Under the pieces are notes generated by a model. It worked only from the letters and a program-made list of their open reading frames with translations. It ran no database searches and was not told the origin of the DNA. Positions 1 to 12,874 of a stretch of DNA of 64,000 bases are shown piece after piece. Position numbers and translations under genes: made by a program. Location of the stretch: contig CM075977.1 in assembly GCA_038087875.1 (NCBI GenBank), forward strand, positions 212,164,001 through 212,228,000, in the 5' to 3' direction. How positions within the stretch are numbered: the stretch's first letter is position 1; every line of letters starts with the position of its first letter. The stretch comes from Malacoraja senta (taxonomy: Eukaryota).

Positions 1-495
1 CAACCCCAGAATTGGTTTTAACAATTTTGTGAATATTCTGGGAGCGGACGTTAACCCTTTAGGCAAAGCTTTGAACTGCCATAACTAGTTCATCCATGTA
101 AATCTATAGTTGCCATATGACATGCTTCTGAAATAAGTTGTTTGGCAGTCACAAATGTCTCCCTTTTAAAATGTTTAAATTAAACAAAAGGATTCAGACT
201 TGTCAAGTCTAGAATAATCCTACATCCTCCATCCTTTTTTGATCGAGGGAATATATTTGACCCAAATTGGTGAATTTGGTAGACTGATTCTTCAATAACA
301 CCTTTTATATATAGGGTTTTGAAGCGCAGCTTGAACCTCCATTACTTCGCAAAGTGGAGAGTTCTGCTAGGAACATGCTGGACAGGCAAATCATAATTTG
401 GATTGAATTCAATTCGAAATCCTTGTATATTATTCAGAATTACCACATCTGAAGTAATCTTCTTCCAATGTTTATAGAAGAGACGTAATCTACAA
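1..495 (-). mobile_element. DIRS-type (tyrosine-recombinase retrotransposon) reverse transcriptase relic, truncated by window start
   Basis: Minus-strand translation gives GSNIFPRSKKDGGCRIILDLTSLNP and WQFKALPKGLTSAPRIFTK, resembling DIRS1-family RT motifs, with WKKITSD..IL..IQGFRIEF upstream. The frame is disrupted. Confidence 0.75.
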
Positions 496-860
496 AATTC
501 TTGAGGGGTTGGACAGGCTAGATGCAGGAACATTGTTCCCGATGTTGGGGAAGTCCAGAACAAGGGGTCACAGTTTAAGGATAAGGGGGAAGTCTTTTAG
601 GACTGAAATGAGAAAAACATTTTTCACACAGAGAGTGGTGAATCTCTGGAATTCTCTGCCACAGAAGATAGTTTAGGCCAGTTCATTGGCTATATTTAAG
701 AGGGAGTTAGATGTGGCCCTTGTGGCTAAAGGGATCAGGGGGTATGGAGAGAAGGCAGGTACAGGATAGTTAGTTGGATGATCAGCCATGATCATATTGA
801 ATGGCGGTGCAGGCTCGAAGGGCCGAATGGCCTACTCCTGCACCTATTTTCTATGTTTCT
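496..860 (+). mobile_element. CR1/HER1-type LINE 3' fragment
   Basis: ORF2 C-terminal motifs (GLDRLDAG..FPMLG.SRTRGHSL, FFTQRVVNLWNSLP) and the recurrent tail ending ctcctgcacctattttctatgtttct. Confidence 0.85.
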
Positions 861-952
861 TAGACAATCAGGAATAGTTTACAGTTGATTTTACTTGTAG
901 TAATTTGTGTAGTAGCAATTTGTGTGTAAGTATGTATTGGCTTTATATATTT

Positions 953-1250
953 TTTAGTCTAGTTTAGAGATACAGCGTGGAAACAGGCCCTTCAGCCCAC
1001 CGAGTTTGTTCCGACCAGCGATCACCTATACACTAGTTCTGTCCTACACGCTAAGGATGATTCACCAAAGCCAATTAACCTACAAACCTGCTCGTCTTTG
1101 GAATGTGTGATGAAACCAGAGCACCTAGAGAAAACCCACGTGGTCACAGGGAGAACGTGCAAAACTCCGTACAGACAGCACCCGTAGTCAGGACTGCACC
1201 CGGGACTCTGGCGCTGTGAGGCAGCAACTCTACCGCTGCGCCATCGTGCC
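953..1250 (-). mobile_element. tRNA-derived V-SINE (HE1-like)
   Basis: Reverse complement shows a tRNA-like head (ggcacgatggcgcagcggtagagttgctgcc), a V-domain-like core and a (ctaaa)n tail shared with the LINE 3' end. Confidence 0.8.
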
Positions 1251-2739
1251 ACAATTTGCATTAATGAGGAATAACAGAGAAACAAATGTATTTCAAAAGC
1301 AAACAGCTTTTAATTCTACCTGAGAATATGGTTGAATTTAATAGGGAGGATAGAACATTGAACTGCCTTTGGAAACTAACACTGAGGCTGTTAAATGCGA
1401 AGGTGGAAAGAGGCATTGTAACTTCATCTTTTTTTAGTATGAGTGCCAGATGGTGTGACCAAATATCTGAGGTGATATCAAAGATATTCACCAGCATCTC
1501 TGCAGGCAGTTCTCCCAGCATTGAGCCACATTCTGGATAAATTATTCAGGGTTGATGAGTCACTGTCAGCCACTTGAGACAGAATGTATAAAACAAGCAG
1601 TGCTTTCCAGCTCACTGGTTCCCGTCAATGAGATGGCTTCTCCTTGGTATTCGGGCTGCATCGGCATGCAGCTCCGCCCTGGACGGCGACCAGTCATTCA
1701 CAAGCCTCACGTTGTGCCGGGAACCTGCCCTGTGTGAACCGGCGCTCAAATACATAGCGAGGAATAAATACACGTGGAAACATTAAAATTAAAGAGAACA
1801 GCTGGAATGTAAAAAATAATTCTCCCAATGTAGAGAGTCATACTAGCCACACCGACCAACATGTCCCATCTACTCTGGTCCCACCTGCCTGCATTTGGCC
1901 CATATCCCTCCAAACCTGTCCTATGCATGTAAAGATAGATATGCTAAATTCTGTTGCTTAAAATAAAACACAAAGTGCCAGAGTAAGCCGGTGGGTCATG
2001 GATAGGTGATGTTTCGGCTCTTCTTCAGACTAATTGTAATAGGGGAGAGATAGCTGGAAAAGAAATGGGGCAGGCAAGTGATAGGTGATTACAGGTGAGG
2101 GGTTCAAAGGGCCGAATGGCCTACTGCACCAATTTTCTATGTTTCTATGTCATTAATATAATTTGAAACATATTAAGTCCATAAAGTAACGAATCAAAGT
2201 TCAAACAAATGGGCATTGCAAATCAAGTATATTATTATTATTATCCATCTATACATAACTGAAACTCTGATCTTGTGCTCTTCTGGTTTGCTGGGTTTTT
2301 GTATTTGAACAAAAACGGTACGCGATCGCGCTACGATTTTTGCCACGTTACTCACCGTTCTCCTGCACAACAAGTTTCGTTCCGATCGGTGGTATATTGT
2401 AAAAGTTATCGAGGTTTAAAAGTCCTTCAGTCAGCGCCACGCAGATTGGTCTCTTCTCCTGTCAGTCAATGCCACGGCTGGCATGGCGACGCACCTTCCT
2501 GCCCCACTGGCCGCGGCCTGTCCCGCCTCACTCACAAGCTCTTCTCTCACAGTAACTTGTCTATCGTCTCCCCCACCACCAGCCGCGGCCGCGGGAGGGG
2601 TTCAGTGGAGGCCCTGGTCCCGTCTCTCTCTCCCTCATCACTCACCCCTCTCCCCCGCCCGCCCTCTGTAGCAATGGTGGTCCCGTCTACCCGTCCCCCC
2701 GGGTCCATCTCCTCCGCCGTCACCGTTGCGGTAACTCAC

Positions 2740-2820
2740 CCTCGCCGCCTTCACGGAAGAGATCTTCTCCACCAGCTCATCGAAACTCGCGGTGCCCACC
2801 GTGACGAACACCGACTCCAT
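2740..2820 (-). pseudogene. ALG13: ALG13 exon 1 fragment (UDP-GlcNAc transferase subunit N-terminus) inside the Helitron-like element
   Basis: ATG at 2820. The 81 nt encode MESVFVTVGTASFDELVEKISSVKAAR (compare human ALG13 MKCVFVTVGTTSFDDLIACVSAPDSLQ) and are followed immediately by the donor GTGAGT (2739-2734). No further ALG13 exons recognised. Confidence 0.8.
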
Positions 2821-2929
2821 CCCCCCACACGATGCAAACTGGTCCAGTCGTCAAGTCAACGGGATCTAAACCACAGCTAAAAATGAATGACATGTGGAGG
2901 AAGGAACTGCAGATGCTGCTTTTTATGGA

Positions 2930-3400
2930 TAGAGGGAGGGAAGGAGGGACTGAGGGTAGGGGAAAGGAAAGGGAGGGAGGGATTGGCGGAGGGGAGGAGG
3001 AGAAGGGAAAGATCCTGGGGAGGTGAGGACGGAGAGTGGGGGGATTGAGGGAGAGGAAGGGGTAGGGAGGGAGAGGGGGAAAGTGGGGGGGGTGAGGAGT
3101 GTGGGGTAGGAGGGGGAATAGAGGGAGAGATGGGGTTGGGAGTGGGAGAGGTAGGGAGTGGGGAATAGGAGAGGAGGGCAGTGGGGGAGGTCAGGAGGGA
3201 TAGTGGGACATAGGGGGAGGTGAGGAATGGGGATAGAGGGATAGGAGGGGGTAGGGAGGGGAGAGGAGCTATGGAGGGAGGGAGGGAGTGACTGAGGGTA
3301 GGGGAAAGTAGAGAGGGATTGGGGGAGGGGAGGAGGAGAGGGGAAAGAAAAGGGAGGGTGAAGAGGAGGGGGAGAAAGTGCTGGGGATGAGGGGAAATAA
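2930..3400 (+). repeat. Purine-rich (G/A) low-complexity tract with G-quadruplex potential
   Basis: Almost exclusively G/A with many G3-G8 runs. Internal imperfect direct repeat at about 2943-3012 vs 3284-3348. Confidence 0.85.
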
Positions 3401-3770
3401 GCCGCGACTGCGCAGTTGGGGGCTATGCGTGAGTGGTGCACTATTGTGTTGGGGGGACGGGTTGCATTGGGGGACCAGGCTTCCCGTATGACAGGTTGGG
3501 TCCCACTTCTAGTCTGTATTATACCCTTCAACTGGAGGAAGAGAATGGTGTAAATTATCTTATTTCATTTTCACATTTTGATTATTTTGGAACTGTGGAA
3601 GAAGCCTTTGCATTTCTTTTGTTGCAAACACATGAGAAGCAACCTTTAATGGTGAGGTGCATAAAAGTTAATCTGACACACAAACCACAAGTGAGAGTCA
3701 CTTTCTGCAGAGGTCCTGCATTTCATTGGAATCTTGCACTTCTTTGCATTGAACATCCAAATCAATTTGT

Positions 3771-4500
3771 GGGCAGCACAGTAGTGCAGCTCGTAGAGCA
3801 GCTACCTCACTTTCAAGAGAGAGCTAGATATGGCTCTTAAAAATAGTGGAGTCAGGGGATATGGGGAGAAGGCAGGAATGGGGTACTGATTGGGGATGAT
3901 CAGCCATGATCACAATGAATGGCGGTGCAGGCTCGAAGGGCCGAATGGCCTACTCCTGCACCTATTGTCTATTGTCTCACGGCACCAGAGACCCAGGTTC
4001 GATTCTGACTTGAATTTCTTTAGTCAGAGGGTGGTGAATCTGGAATTCATTGCCACAGACGGCGATGGAGGCCAAGTCAATGGATATTTTTAAGGTGGAG
4101 ATTGACAGATTCTTGATTAGTAAGGGTGTCAGAGGTTATGGGAAGAAGGCAAGAGAATGGGGTTGAGAGAGAAAGAAAGATTAGCCATGATTGAATAGCA
4201 GAGTAGACGATGTGCCGAATGGCCTAATTCTGCTCCTTGAACTCATGAAGTGACCTCAGGTGCTGTCTGTGTGGAGCTTGCACGTTCTCTCTGTGACTGC
4301 GTGGGTTTCCTCCAGGTGCTCCAGTTTCCCCCCACATCCCAAAATTGTGTGGGTTTGTAGGTTAATTGGTCTCTGTAAATTGCCTCTAGTGTGTAGGGAG
4401 TGGATGAGAAACTAGGTTAACATAGAACTAGTGTGAACTCGTGATCAATGATCGGTATAGACTTGATGGGTTGAAGAACCTGTTTCCATGAAGTATCTTT
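3771..4500 (+). mobile_element. V-SINE split by two CR1 3'-end insertions
   Basis: SINE head 3771-3810, CR1 tail about 3811-3975, SINE B-box segment about 3976-4010, CR1 tail about 4011-4249, SINE V-domain and tail about 4251-4500. Short duplications (ctcac, tgac) at the junctions. Confidence 0.75.
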
Positions 4501-4930
4501 ACACTATTGTAAGGACATTTATTTCTCATGGGTTCTTCCCCCCTCTTTCATTCTGAAAAAGGGTCATGACTCGAAACGTCACCTAGCTCTCCAGAGAAGC
4601 AGCTTGACCCACTGAGTTACTCCAGCACTTTATGTCTGTCTTTGGTATAAACCAGCATCTGCAGTTCTTTCTTTCTAACTCTATTATTTACTGTTGTAAT
4701 TGTCTATTTTAGAGTCATAACGTTATGCAGTGCGGAAACAGGCCCTTCGGCCCAACTTGCCCACACCGGCCAATATATCCCAACTTTGCTGCTGCACCCG
4801 CTGAGTTTCTCCAGCACTTTTGTCTACCTTCGATATCCCAGCTACACTGGTCCCACCTGCGTGTGTTTGGTCCATATCCTTCCAAACCTGTCCTATCCAT
4901 GTACCTGTCTGTTTCTTGAACGTTGGGATA

Positions 4931-5172
4931 ATAATAATAATAATAATAATCATTTTATTTACTGGCGCCTTTCTAAAACCCAAGGACACCTTACAATGCA
5001 TAGAATCACAACAAAACAAAAAAACACATAATCGGAATAAATTAAATATAAAAACACCACAGTACACAAATCAAGGACAGAATTCAATTTCAAAAGCACC
5101 AAAAGAAAATAAGAAACACAAGTTTGAGGAGAGAGCAGCGGCGACCAATTCGCGCCAGCGTCCACTCTCCCC
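4931..5172 (-). mobile_element. Short (AAT)n-tailed retroposon fragment inserted into a CR1 tail
   Basis: (AAT)n tract at the left end. Flanked by the 8-bp direct repeat ttgggata (4923-4930, 5173-5180). Confidence 0.6.
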
Positions 5173-7876
5173 TTGGGATAGTCCCTGCCTCAACTACCTC
5201 CTCTTGACACCCACCAGCCTTTGTGTGAAAACGTTATGCCTCAGGTTCCTATTAAAACACTTTCCCCTGCACCATAAACCTATGACTTCTGGTCCTCAAT
5301 TCCCCCTACTCTGGGCAAGAGACTCTGCATCAACCCGATCTATTCCTCTCATGATTTTAATTCACAGACCATTAACACATCTTTTCTCAGGTTGCAGCTG
5401 GTTGTTGTTGCTTTAGGTGCTTTCAAAGCAAGATCACTTGAAATGTGGCTCCTCGGAGACCTGGCAGTTAAATGGAACGTTGGGTGTGATGCAATGTCTG
5501 GTCAGACTGCGAGAATTAAATTGTTCCCTGTTCACGGGAAACACACTTATTTATTTTTCTGTAAAGAGGTAACACTGTGTCAATGAGTGAGAACATGTTT
5601 AATGCCAGTGGTGTTTCCAATCCATTAGCAATCTCCAGAGAAGATTCATAGGTCTAAAGTGATGGGAGAAAGATTTAATAGGCACTTGAGGGCTTTTCTT
5701 AAACGTTGCAAAATTACCTGCCTCAGTTAACTCCTCTGGCAGCTTGTTCCATACACCCACCACCCTTTGTGTAAAAAAGTTAGCCCTCGGGATTCCATTA
5801 AATCTTTCCCCCCCTCACCTTAAACCTACGTCCTGTGGTTCTTGATTCCCCTACTCTGGGCAAGAGGCTCTGTGCGTCTATCTGATCTATTTCTCTCAGG
5901 GAATATCATTTAGGTGGAGCATTTCAGATGAATGCTCCCCTTTCTGGAAATCAACAGTGAATATGCCAGTGTCTGATGTGTCAACAGTGGCTAATCGGAG
6001 GTGAGATGAAATGCATCCGCCATTTTTACAACACCAGGTTTTGCTCAGGCTTCAAGCGTGGGGTTTGATGCATCATAAGCCGGGGAACACTGGTGGCTGT
6101 CATGTTTTCCTTCGCTGTCCTCTTCTGCGTTACGGAGATGAGCAAAGGATTATGCAACAGTTGTGCAAGTCAAAGCTGTGAAATAAACAGGGAGATGGAA
6201 ATGAAGCTATCAGAAGCGATGACCTGCACTGATGTTGGGGCGCAGATGGGAGCGTGCATGTGGCCTGCAGGCCTGTGCAAAGAAAGAAACCAGCTGGGAG
6301 CTGCGTTTGGTCGAACTGGCAATTTAATCTTAGCAAATGGGCCGTCTCATCAGCTTCAGCTTGAGAAAGAACCGAAGAGTAATGTTGCTGAATATTAGGA
6401 AACAATTCTTAAGCGGTTTTGTTTTTGCCTGCATAAAATTACACTTGGCTATATATATATATTACGTTTTCAAAATTGGAGCAGGAATCTTTTGGCCTTA
6501 ATTCCCCATAAGCAGGTTTTTGTTCTTTTAACTAGTTTTGGCGTCTGGGTTCTTCAATTCTTTTTGTCTGTTTCCCTTCATGCTTGAAAGCACTTCATTG
6601 TATAGGTGTTAAGAGTAATTCCGTTCATTTGTAAAATTTACATACATTCGCAGGGCTTCTAATCTGTTTTCTAATTATTAATATGCCATGTGCCCTTACG
6701 ACTTCCTCATTTCTTCAGCTTTTTCCTATCATCTCAATTGACTGCAATAAATTGCTGGAGCAACATTAGTGACCCAGTCGCCATGTAGGTGTGTGACTTG
6801 GACAGACTGTTAATGTTTCACACTCTCAAAGAACATTATATTGCTGCGCTGTGATTAGGATTCAACTAAATGGAATGACAAATTTGTCAAATTATCTTCA
6901 ATGTTAACTCTTGCTTGGACACACTGAGAATATCGATTCAAAAAAGATTGAAGAAATTTTGAGCTCTTAAATGAGGATAAAGTCCTATTATGGTGGTGGT
7001 TAGGGTGAGATGCAGGGAATGACAATTATAAAACCCCACAGACCCTTTGAGAATGTGAACCCCATGAAAAGTGCCTATACACTTATATATTGTGCATCCT
7101 GTGAGGTCTGGTGAAGTTTCCTCTCAAATACATCTCTGTGGCCCTTGAGGGAAACAACAGATGAAATGTGTGATAAACAGATGAACCCTGATCTAAATTT
7201 ATAACCAAGGGCTCAAAATGAGAATGAATCGGGTATGATCTTCTCTGATCATTATTTCTGGCAAACGTTCAATGTAGTCATCCTTTTGGAATTCTTCAGG
7301 AAGACATCCTTCTGCGTCGGCTATTAGATTTCTTCTTGCTATTTCCAACTGTATGAAGTTTTTTTTTTTGTGCTGTATGATCTGATGAGCCTGTTGCAAG
7401 AACAGTATCCTCCATCAATAACAAAATGAGATTGAAAAAGAAATAAAAGAACAGCAGAGCAGGAGGAGAAATTTAGTTAAATCAGTTTCGCCAAGAGGAA
7501 TAGAGAAGGAAAGAAAGAATTGGATTATATAAGAAAGAAGAAAAAAAAGGACGTCTAAGAATCCTTGTTTTTTTAAAGGACGTCTAAGAATTCAAGCAAG
7601 AATGTAAGGAGCAAATGTCTGTTTCCGGGCCAGAGATTGGCATTGTGTTAACAACTATTATCGATACACTCTTTCTGAATAAATGTTAATCGATAAGCAA
7701 TTTGTGTGCATGTCCAGTAAGCCTTAAAAACACCTGATAGGCTGTGTGAGTATTGTGTGATGCAAATAGGTGAGTGGCATAAATCAACAGTTAATTTACG
7801 TTGGTTTGCAATCTATGGCATATCTCTTAATCCCCCATATATACTAGCTGTTTTGCACTTGAATAACAACATGTTG

Positions 7877-8185
7877 GGCAATATGGTGGTGCAGCGGTAG
7901 AGTTGCTGCCTCATAGTGCCAGAGACCCGGGTTTGATCCTGACTATGGGTGTTGTCTATATGGAGTTTGTACATTCTCCCCGTGACCTGCGTGGCCTTTC
8001 TCTGGGTGCTCCGGTTTCCTCCCACACTCCAAAGACATACAGGTTTGTACGCTAATTGGCTTGGTAAAATTGTGAATTGTCCCTAGTATATGTAGGATTG
8101 TGTTAGTGTACGGGGATCACCGGTCGGCACGAACTCAGTGGGCCGAACGGCCTGGTTCCGCACTGTATCTCTAAACTGAACTAAA
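7877..8185 (+). mobile_element. V-SINE (HE1-like), near full length
   Basis: tRNA-like head with A/B boxes, core gtacattctccccgtgacc...ggtttcctcccacactccaaaga, tail gtatctctaaactgaactaaa. Confidence 0.85.
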
Positions 8186-9689
8186 TATGTTATCAGCACA
8201 CCATTATTTGCAGAAATACTTTCCCAATTTGGGTTTTAAAATTTAAAAACATTATTGTGAAATTAAAACCAACTATCAAGTAAATGGATGAAGTCCTAAT
8301 GTTAGCAAGGCAGGTTGCTTATTGGACTTGTATGCTTATATTTTCCTTAAGCTACTTACTGTTGTTTATTATGCTGCATGCCTAACTCTAAATATATTCC
8401 ATCATTTTATTGTTGGGATTTGGTTCCTTTTGTATCAGTCTTGGATTACTAGGGTCCCAAGGCTATTTAGTTGTTCTCCTCATGTCTTGAATGATACAAG
8501 AGGATTTACCAGACTGAAGCAGGAAATCCAATTGATATATACAACTGCTACAGTCAAAGGTAAACCTTGCATTTGTAGAAGTCTCGGCAGATTATACAAT
8601 TGTGCCAACTCAACATATATTTGTAGTCAAGAGTGTTTTATTGTCATATGTCCAAGATAGAACAATGACAATCTTACTTGCAGCAGCACAACAGAATATG
8701 TAAACATCGTACCCTGTAAACAATATAATAAATGAGAAGAAATATATATACACATACTCCAAAGACGTACAGTTTTGTAGGTTAATTGGCTGGGTATAAA
8801 TTAAAAAATTATCCCTAGTGTGTGTAGGGTAGCGTTAATGTATGGGAATGGTTGGTCAGTGTGGACTCGGTGGGCTGAAGGGCCTGTAACCGTGCTGTAT
8901 CTGTAAACTAAACTAAACTAAAATATATATGTATCTATGTACTTGCAGGAGTCGATTATAGATCAACTATTCCATTTATCTAGTGACCATAAAATGAGTT
9001 CTATCTATGCACATTAGTTGCAGCGATTCATTTAATTTTTTAAAAATTGGAATTCAATGATCAATGAAGAATCTTTGCTGCTGGAAGGTTATTGTTGGGA
9101 TTTGTGAATGATGAAAGCCATTTATAACAAAACCACAGCAAAGAGGCACAGCAATGTATTAGGACTGTGCAGCATCAAGGTCAACTCGGATCATTATAAA
9201 AAGCTGTGGTAGCATGTTACTCATGAGAAAGACTTGAGGGGAGGGGGGGTAGACATCTGCTTCCTTACTGTTCCACCTCCCTGAGCTTTTTGTAGTGTTG
9301 TATGTCTACCGAATACTCAGAATATTAACAAGGAAAATAGAAATGCTAACAATGTTATATTTAAACATTCTTTCTAGCTCATCAATGTTGCTGACCATGC
9401 ATTTTAATTTGTGAACAATGTATTTCCTAACTTTCTTTGCAGATCCCAGTGTATTAATGGGGCATTGTTACTCAGTAAAAACATCCAGCAACATTACCAT
9501 TACTGACATCAAACCCTAAATTATTTGATATGTTGTGGTTTGGAAACGGTGTCCTTTTTGATATCGCATAGCGAGATGAATTGGCAAATTGGTACAAATA
9601 ACATTGGGATCCAATTGGAGTGTAATAAATTTGCATTTGCTTTGCAGTAAAGGTGCCACCAAGCAGGGTTGGTAAGTCAGGTCTCTGCA

Positions 9690-10040
9690 TTTTATCAGGA
9701 TGCATCACAACATGGTTTGGGAACAGCTCCATCCAAGACTGCAAGAAAAGATTTGTGGACGCAGCCCAGACCATCACACAAAGCAACCTCCCTTCCATTG
9801 ACTCCATTTGCACCGCACCTTACCAGCATAATCAAGGAATTCAACGACGAGTCTCACCCTGGTCACTCCCTTTTCTTCCCTCTCCAATCAGGCAAGAGGT
9901 ACAGGTGTGAAAACGCACACCTCCACTTTGAGGGACAGTGCCTTCCCAGCTGTTACCAGGCAACCGAACAATCCAAGCAATAATTAGAGAGCACTCCTGA
10001 GCTACTATCTACCTCATGGGAGACCCTTGGACTATCTCTT
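9690..10040 (+). mobile_element. Rex1/Babar-clade LINE 3' fragment
   Basis: ILSGCITTWFGNSS...AQTIT...LPSIDSI followed by HPGHSLF.PL.SGKRYR, typical of the Rex1/Babar RT C-terminus. Frameshifted. Confidence 0.7.
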
Positions 10041-11334
10041 ACCACTGTAGAGCCAGACCCTTGACTGTGTCACCACCTTCAGAATGATTTAAAAACAAAA
10101 GCAGCAAGGAATTAATAAGGCAGAGACACAGTCCACCCAGACCACTTTTCAATTACATGCTTTATCTCACCAGAACTGCTGGAATAATAGTTGAAATTTT
10201 CAGGTCTGGGTCTCTTCATCTGACCTAGAGCCATGGACCTTAAATGTGATCCAAACTAAAAACAAAAAATGCTGGAAACACCCAGCATGTCAGGCAGTAT
10301 CTGCGGAAAGAGAAACAGTGAACACTTCAGGTTGAGGACCTTTCTGATGAATGTTAACAGTTTCTCCACAGATGCTGCCTGATCTACAGAGTTTCCCAGT
10401 GTTTAGTGTTTTTATATCAGATTTCCAGCACCTGCAGTTGTTTTTGATGTTCAACTATTGAAGAGGGGCACCTTTTTCACACACAGGGTGGTGGGTGTAT
10501 GGAACAGGCTGCCAGAGCAGGTAGTTGTGGCAGGTGCTATAACAACATATAAAAGATATTTGTACAGGTACATGGATAGGAAAGGTTTAGAGGGATACGG
10601 GCCAAAGGCGGGCAGGTGCGACTAGGCAGGTGCAGGTAGGGCATCTTGGTTGGCATGGGCAAGTTGGGCCGTAGAGCTTGTTTCCATGCTGTGTCACTCT
10701 ATGACTCAGTCCCTATCGAACTTTCCAAATGCATTGTTTACTGTGTGCAACCTTTCATTTTGATATATATTTAAAGTTTAAACAAGGCAAATTCATATGG
10801 ATTTAAGTTAATCTGATCCCAGGTTGTTCCACTTGATACTGGCATTTCTGCCATTTTAAGCACAGGGGCTGCCTCATTGTTTTACTTGGAAATTCTATAT
10901 GCAATGCTAACAGTATGAAGTGCTTGCAAAATGGCAGATTCATAAATTATGCATTAATGGCAAACTACATTCTAAAAACATAGTGGACATTTTGTATGAC
11001 AACCCCATTTTTAATTGAATTTGCAGATCCTTCGGGGCATTTCACAACACCTACTAAGAGGAAAATATGCTGCGTGTATTAAACAGAATTAATTTCACTT
11101 GGGGCAGTTTTTAGAACTGGCAAATTTGTCAGTAATGTATCGGGTTTGTTTGCCAATTTTCCAATCGCATTGCCTACAAAACTGAATCTCTGCACAGTCG
11201 TAAAGGGGACTTGAGAGAGCTTGAATGACATGTGCCGGTGCCTGTTGAAACAACTTTGTGATGAATAGTGGATAACTAAAGAAATGTTTAATCAGAGTGC
11301 TTGTGGGAGGTAAATTTAAAATGAAATGAAAAAA

Positions 11335-11610
11335 AGAGGTTTACGAGAATAATCCCAGGAATGAGAGGGTTAACAAATTGTGAGCATTTGATGGCACTGG
11401 GCCTCTACTCGCTGGAGTTTAGAAGGTTGAGGGGGACCTTATTGAAACTTACCGATTAGTGAAAGGGCTGGATAGAGTGGATGTGGAGAGGATGTTTCCA
11501 TTAGTGGGAGAGTCTAGAACCAGAGGCCATAGCCTCAGAATAAAAGGACAGAGGAGGTCTCCATCTAGAAAGGAGATGAAGAGGAATTTCTTTAGTCATG
11601 GGGTGGTGAA
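11335..11610 (+). mobile_element. CR1 LINE ORF2 fragment
   Basis: Segment encoding LGLYSLEFRR.RGDLIETY...GLDRVDVERMFPLVGESRTRGHSL. Confidence 0.8.
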
Positions 11611-12874
11611 TGAAATTCTATGATGCTGCCTGACCTGCAGAACATTTCCAGCATTCTGTTACTGTTTACTGTTACTGTTTAAACTCCTCATTATTAAAAA
11701 AATATAATAATAATGAATAATCAATGATGCTAATTAGTTTGTTCTACATCTTCAAACAGTGGTAGAACGATTGAGTGTGAACTGTGCGGACAAAATAGGG
11801 AAATGAGTAAAATATATAAAATGATAATCACAGCAGTATTGACTGTCATATAAACGCCCAACAAGAACCAACTTACTATTGAATCTAGAAAAGGAGAAGG
11901 AACTAGAGCAGAGAAGAGCCATTGATGCAGTAGTGACATTAATATCGTACATGCTATGATCACAACAGAGAAAGGCATAATTATGATGAAAAGCAAGTAA
12001 TTAAAGTGGGGGGGAAGCTGATTTTGATTGCAAAGATAGAAGGGTCAACAATGTTGGCATCAAAACAACATACAACCATAATTGGAATTATATTTGATTT
12101 CTGCAGAGTGCAAGGAAAATTATGTATGTAAAAAGAGGGCAGGGTGAACTATGAGGTCACTAACTACTTGGAAAGTGTGAGTCTGGGGGAATCATGAAGA
12201 ACAAATGCACCAGTCACTAAAACTTGAGCCAAAGTTTACCAAGTCCATAAAAAAATAAACCGAACACTGGAGTTTATTTCTAGAGGAATAGAATTGAAAA
12301 ATACGGTAGTCATGCTCAACTTTGGTTAGACCATGCTTGGAAGAATTAAAAATAAATGAACAAATGCATTGCCAAAAATAATACAAAAGCAGGTATCTCT
12401 GCAGTGTATTTTTAGGATTCAAGAAGTACACTGAGGGCTGTGGAGGACGTCAGTGGATATTTTTAAGGTAGAGATAGACAAATTCTTGATTAGAATGGGT
12501 GTCAAGGGTTATAGGGAGAAGGCAAGAAAATAGGATTAGGAGGCAAAGATCAGCCATGGTTGAATGGTGGAGTAGACTCGAGGGGCCGAATGGCCTGATT
12601 CTGCTCCTATTACTTGTGAACTTGTGAACAACAGATCATGTGTAAAAGTTGAATGAAAAGGGCGATCATTGAGATACATTTTACATTTCACGCTCATAAA
12701 TGTTTGGAATAATTGATCAGGAAGGCATATTAAAATAATAAAAGTTTAACACAAGTGACAATAAAACTAAACAGGAAAGGCTTAAGAAGCAAAGATGCTA
12801 GTGTTGAAATCAGCCAAATTTATTGTGCAAAATCAGTTTGCACTCTCTTTCACAAGCACCAAGTGAGATGAATG

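Larger units (their letters stand above)
2244..3512 (+). mobile_element. Non-autonomous Helitron-like element carrying captured genomic DNA
   Basis: Starts A|TC at 2244 (or 2248: tctatacataact), ends CTAG|T at 3509-3512, and has a subterminal GGGACC...GGTCCC stem (3471-3476/3499-3504). No TIR or TSD. GC/CpG-rich interior contrasts with AT-rich flanks. Confidence 0.65.

Noticed and set aside
2638-2820. 60-aa ORF as a complete small protein
   Set aside because: Only the first 27 codons resemble ALG13. The remainder reads through a GTGAGT donor into intron-like sequence.
2923-3531. 202-aa Pro/Ser-rich minus-strand ORF and the 201-aa ORF at 2275-2880
   Set aside because: By-products of stop-poor low-complexity, GC-rich sequence inside the Helitron-like element.
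6093-6405. Overlapping ORFs of about 100 aa, or a possible enhancer
   Set aside because: No protein similarity recognised, and a few E-box-like hexamers are not enough to call a regulatory element.
7877-7950. tRNA genes at SINE heads (also near 25825, 27064, 34303 and 36143)
   Set aside because: They continue into the V-SINE core and LINE-derived tail, so they are tRNA-derived SINE heads rather than tRNA genes.
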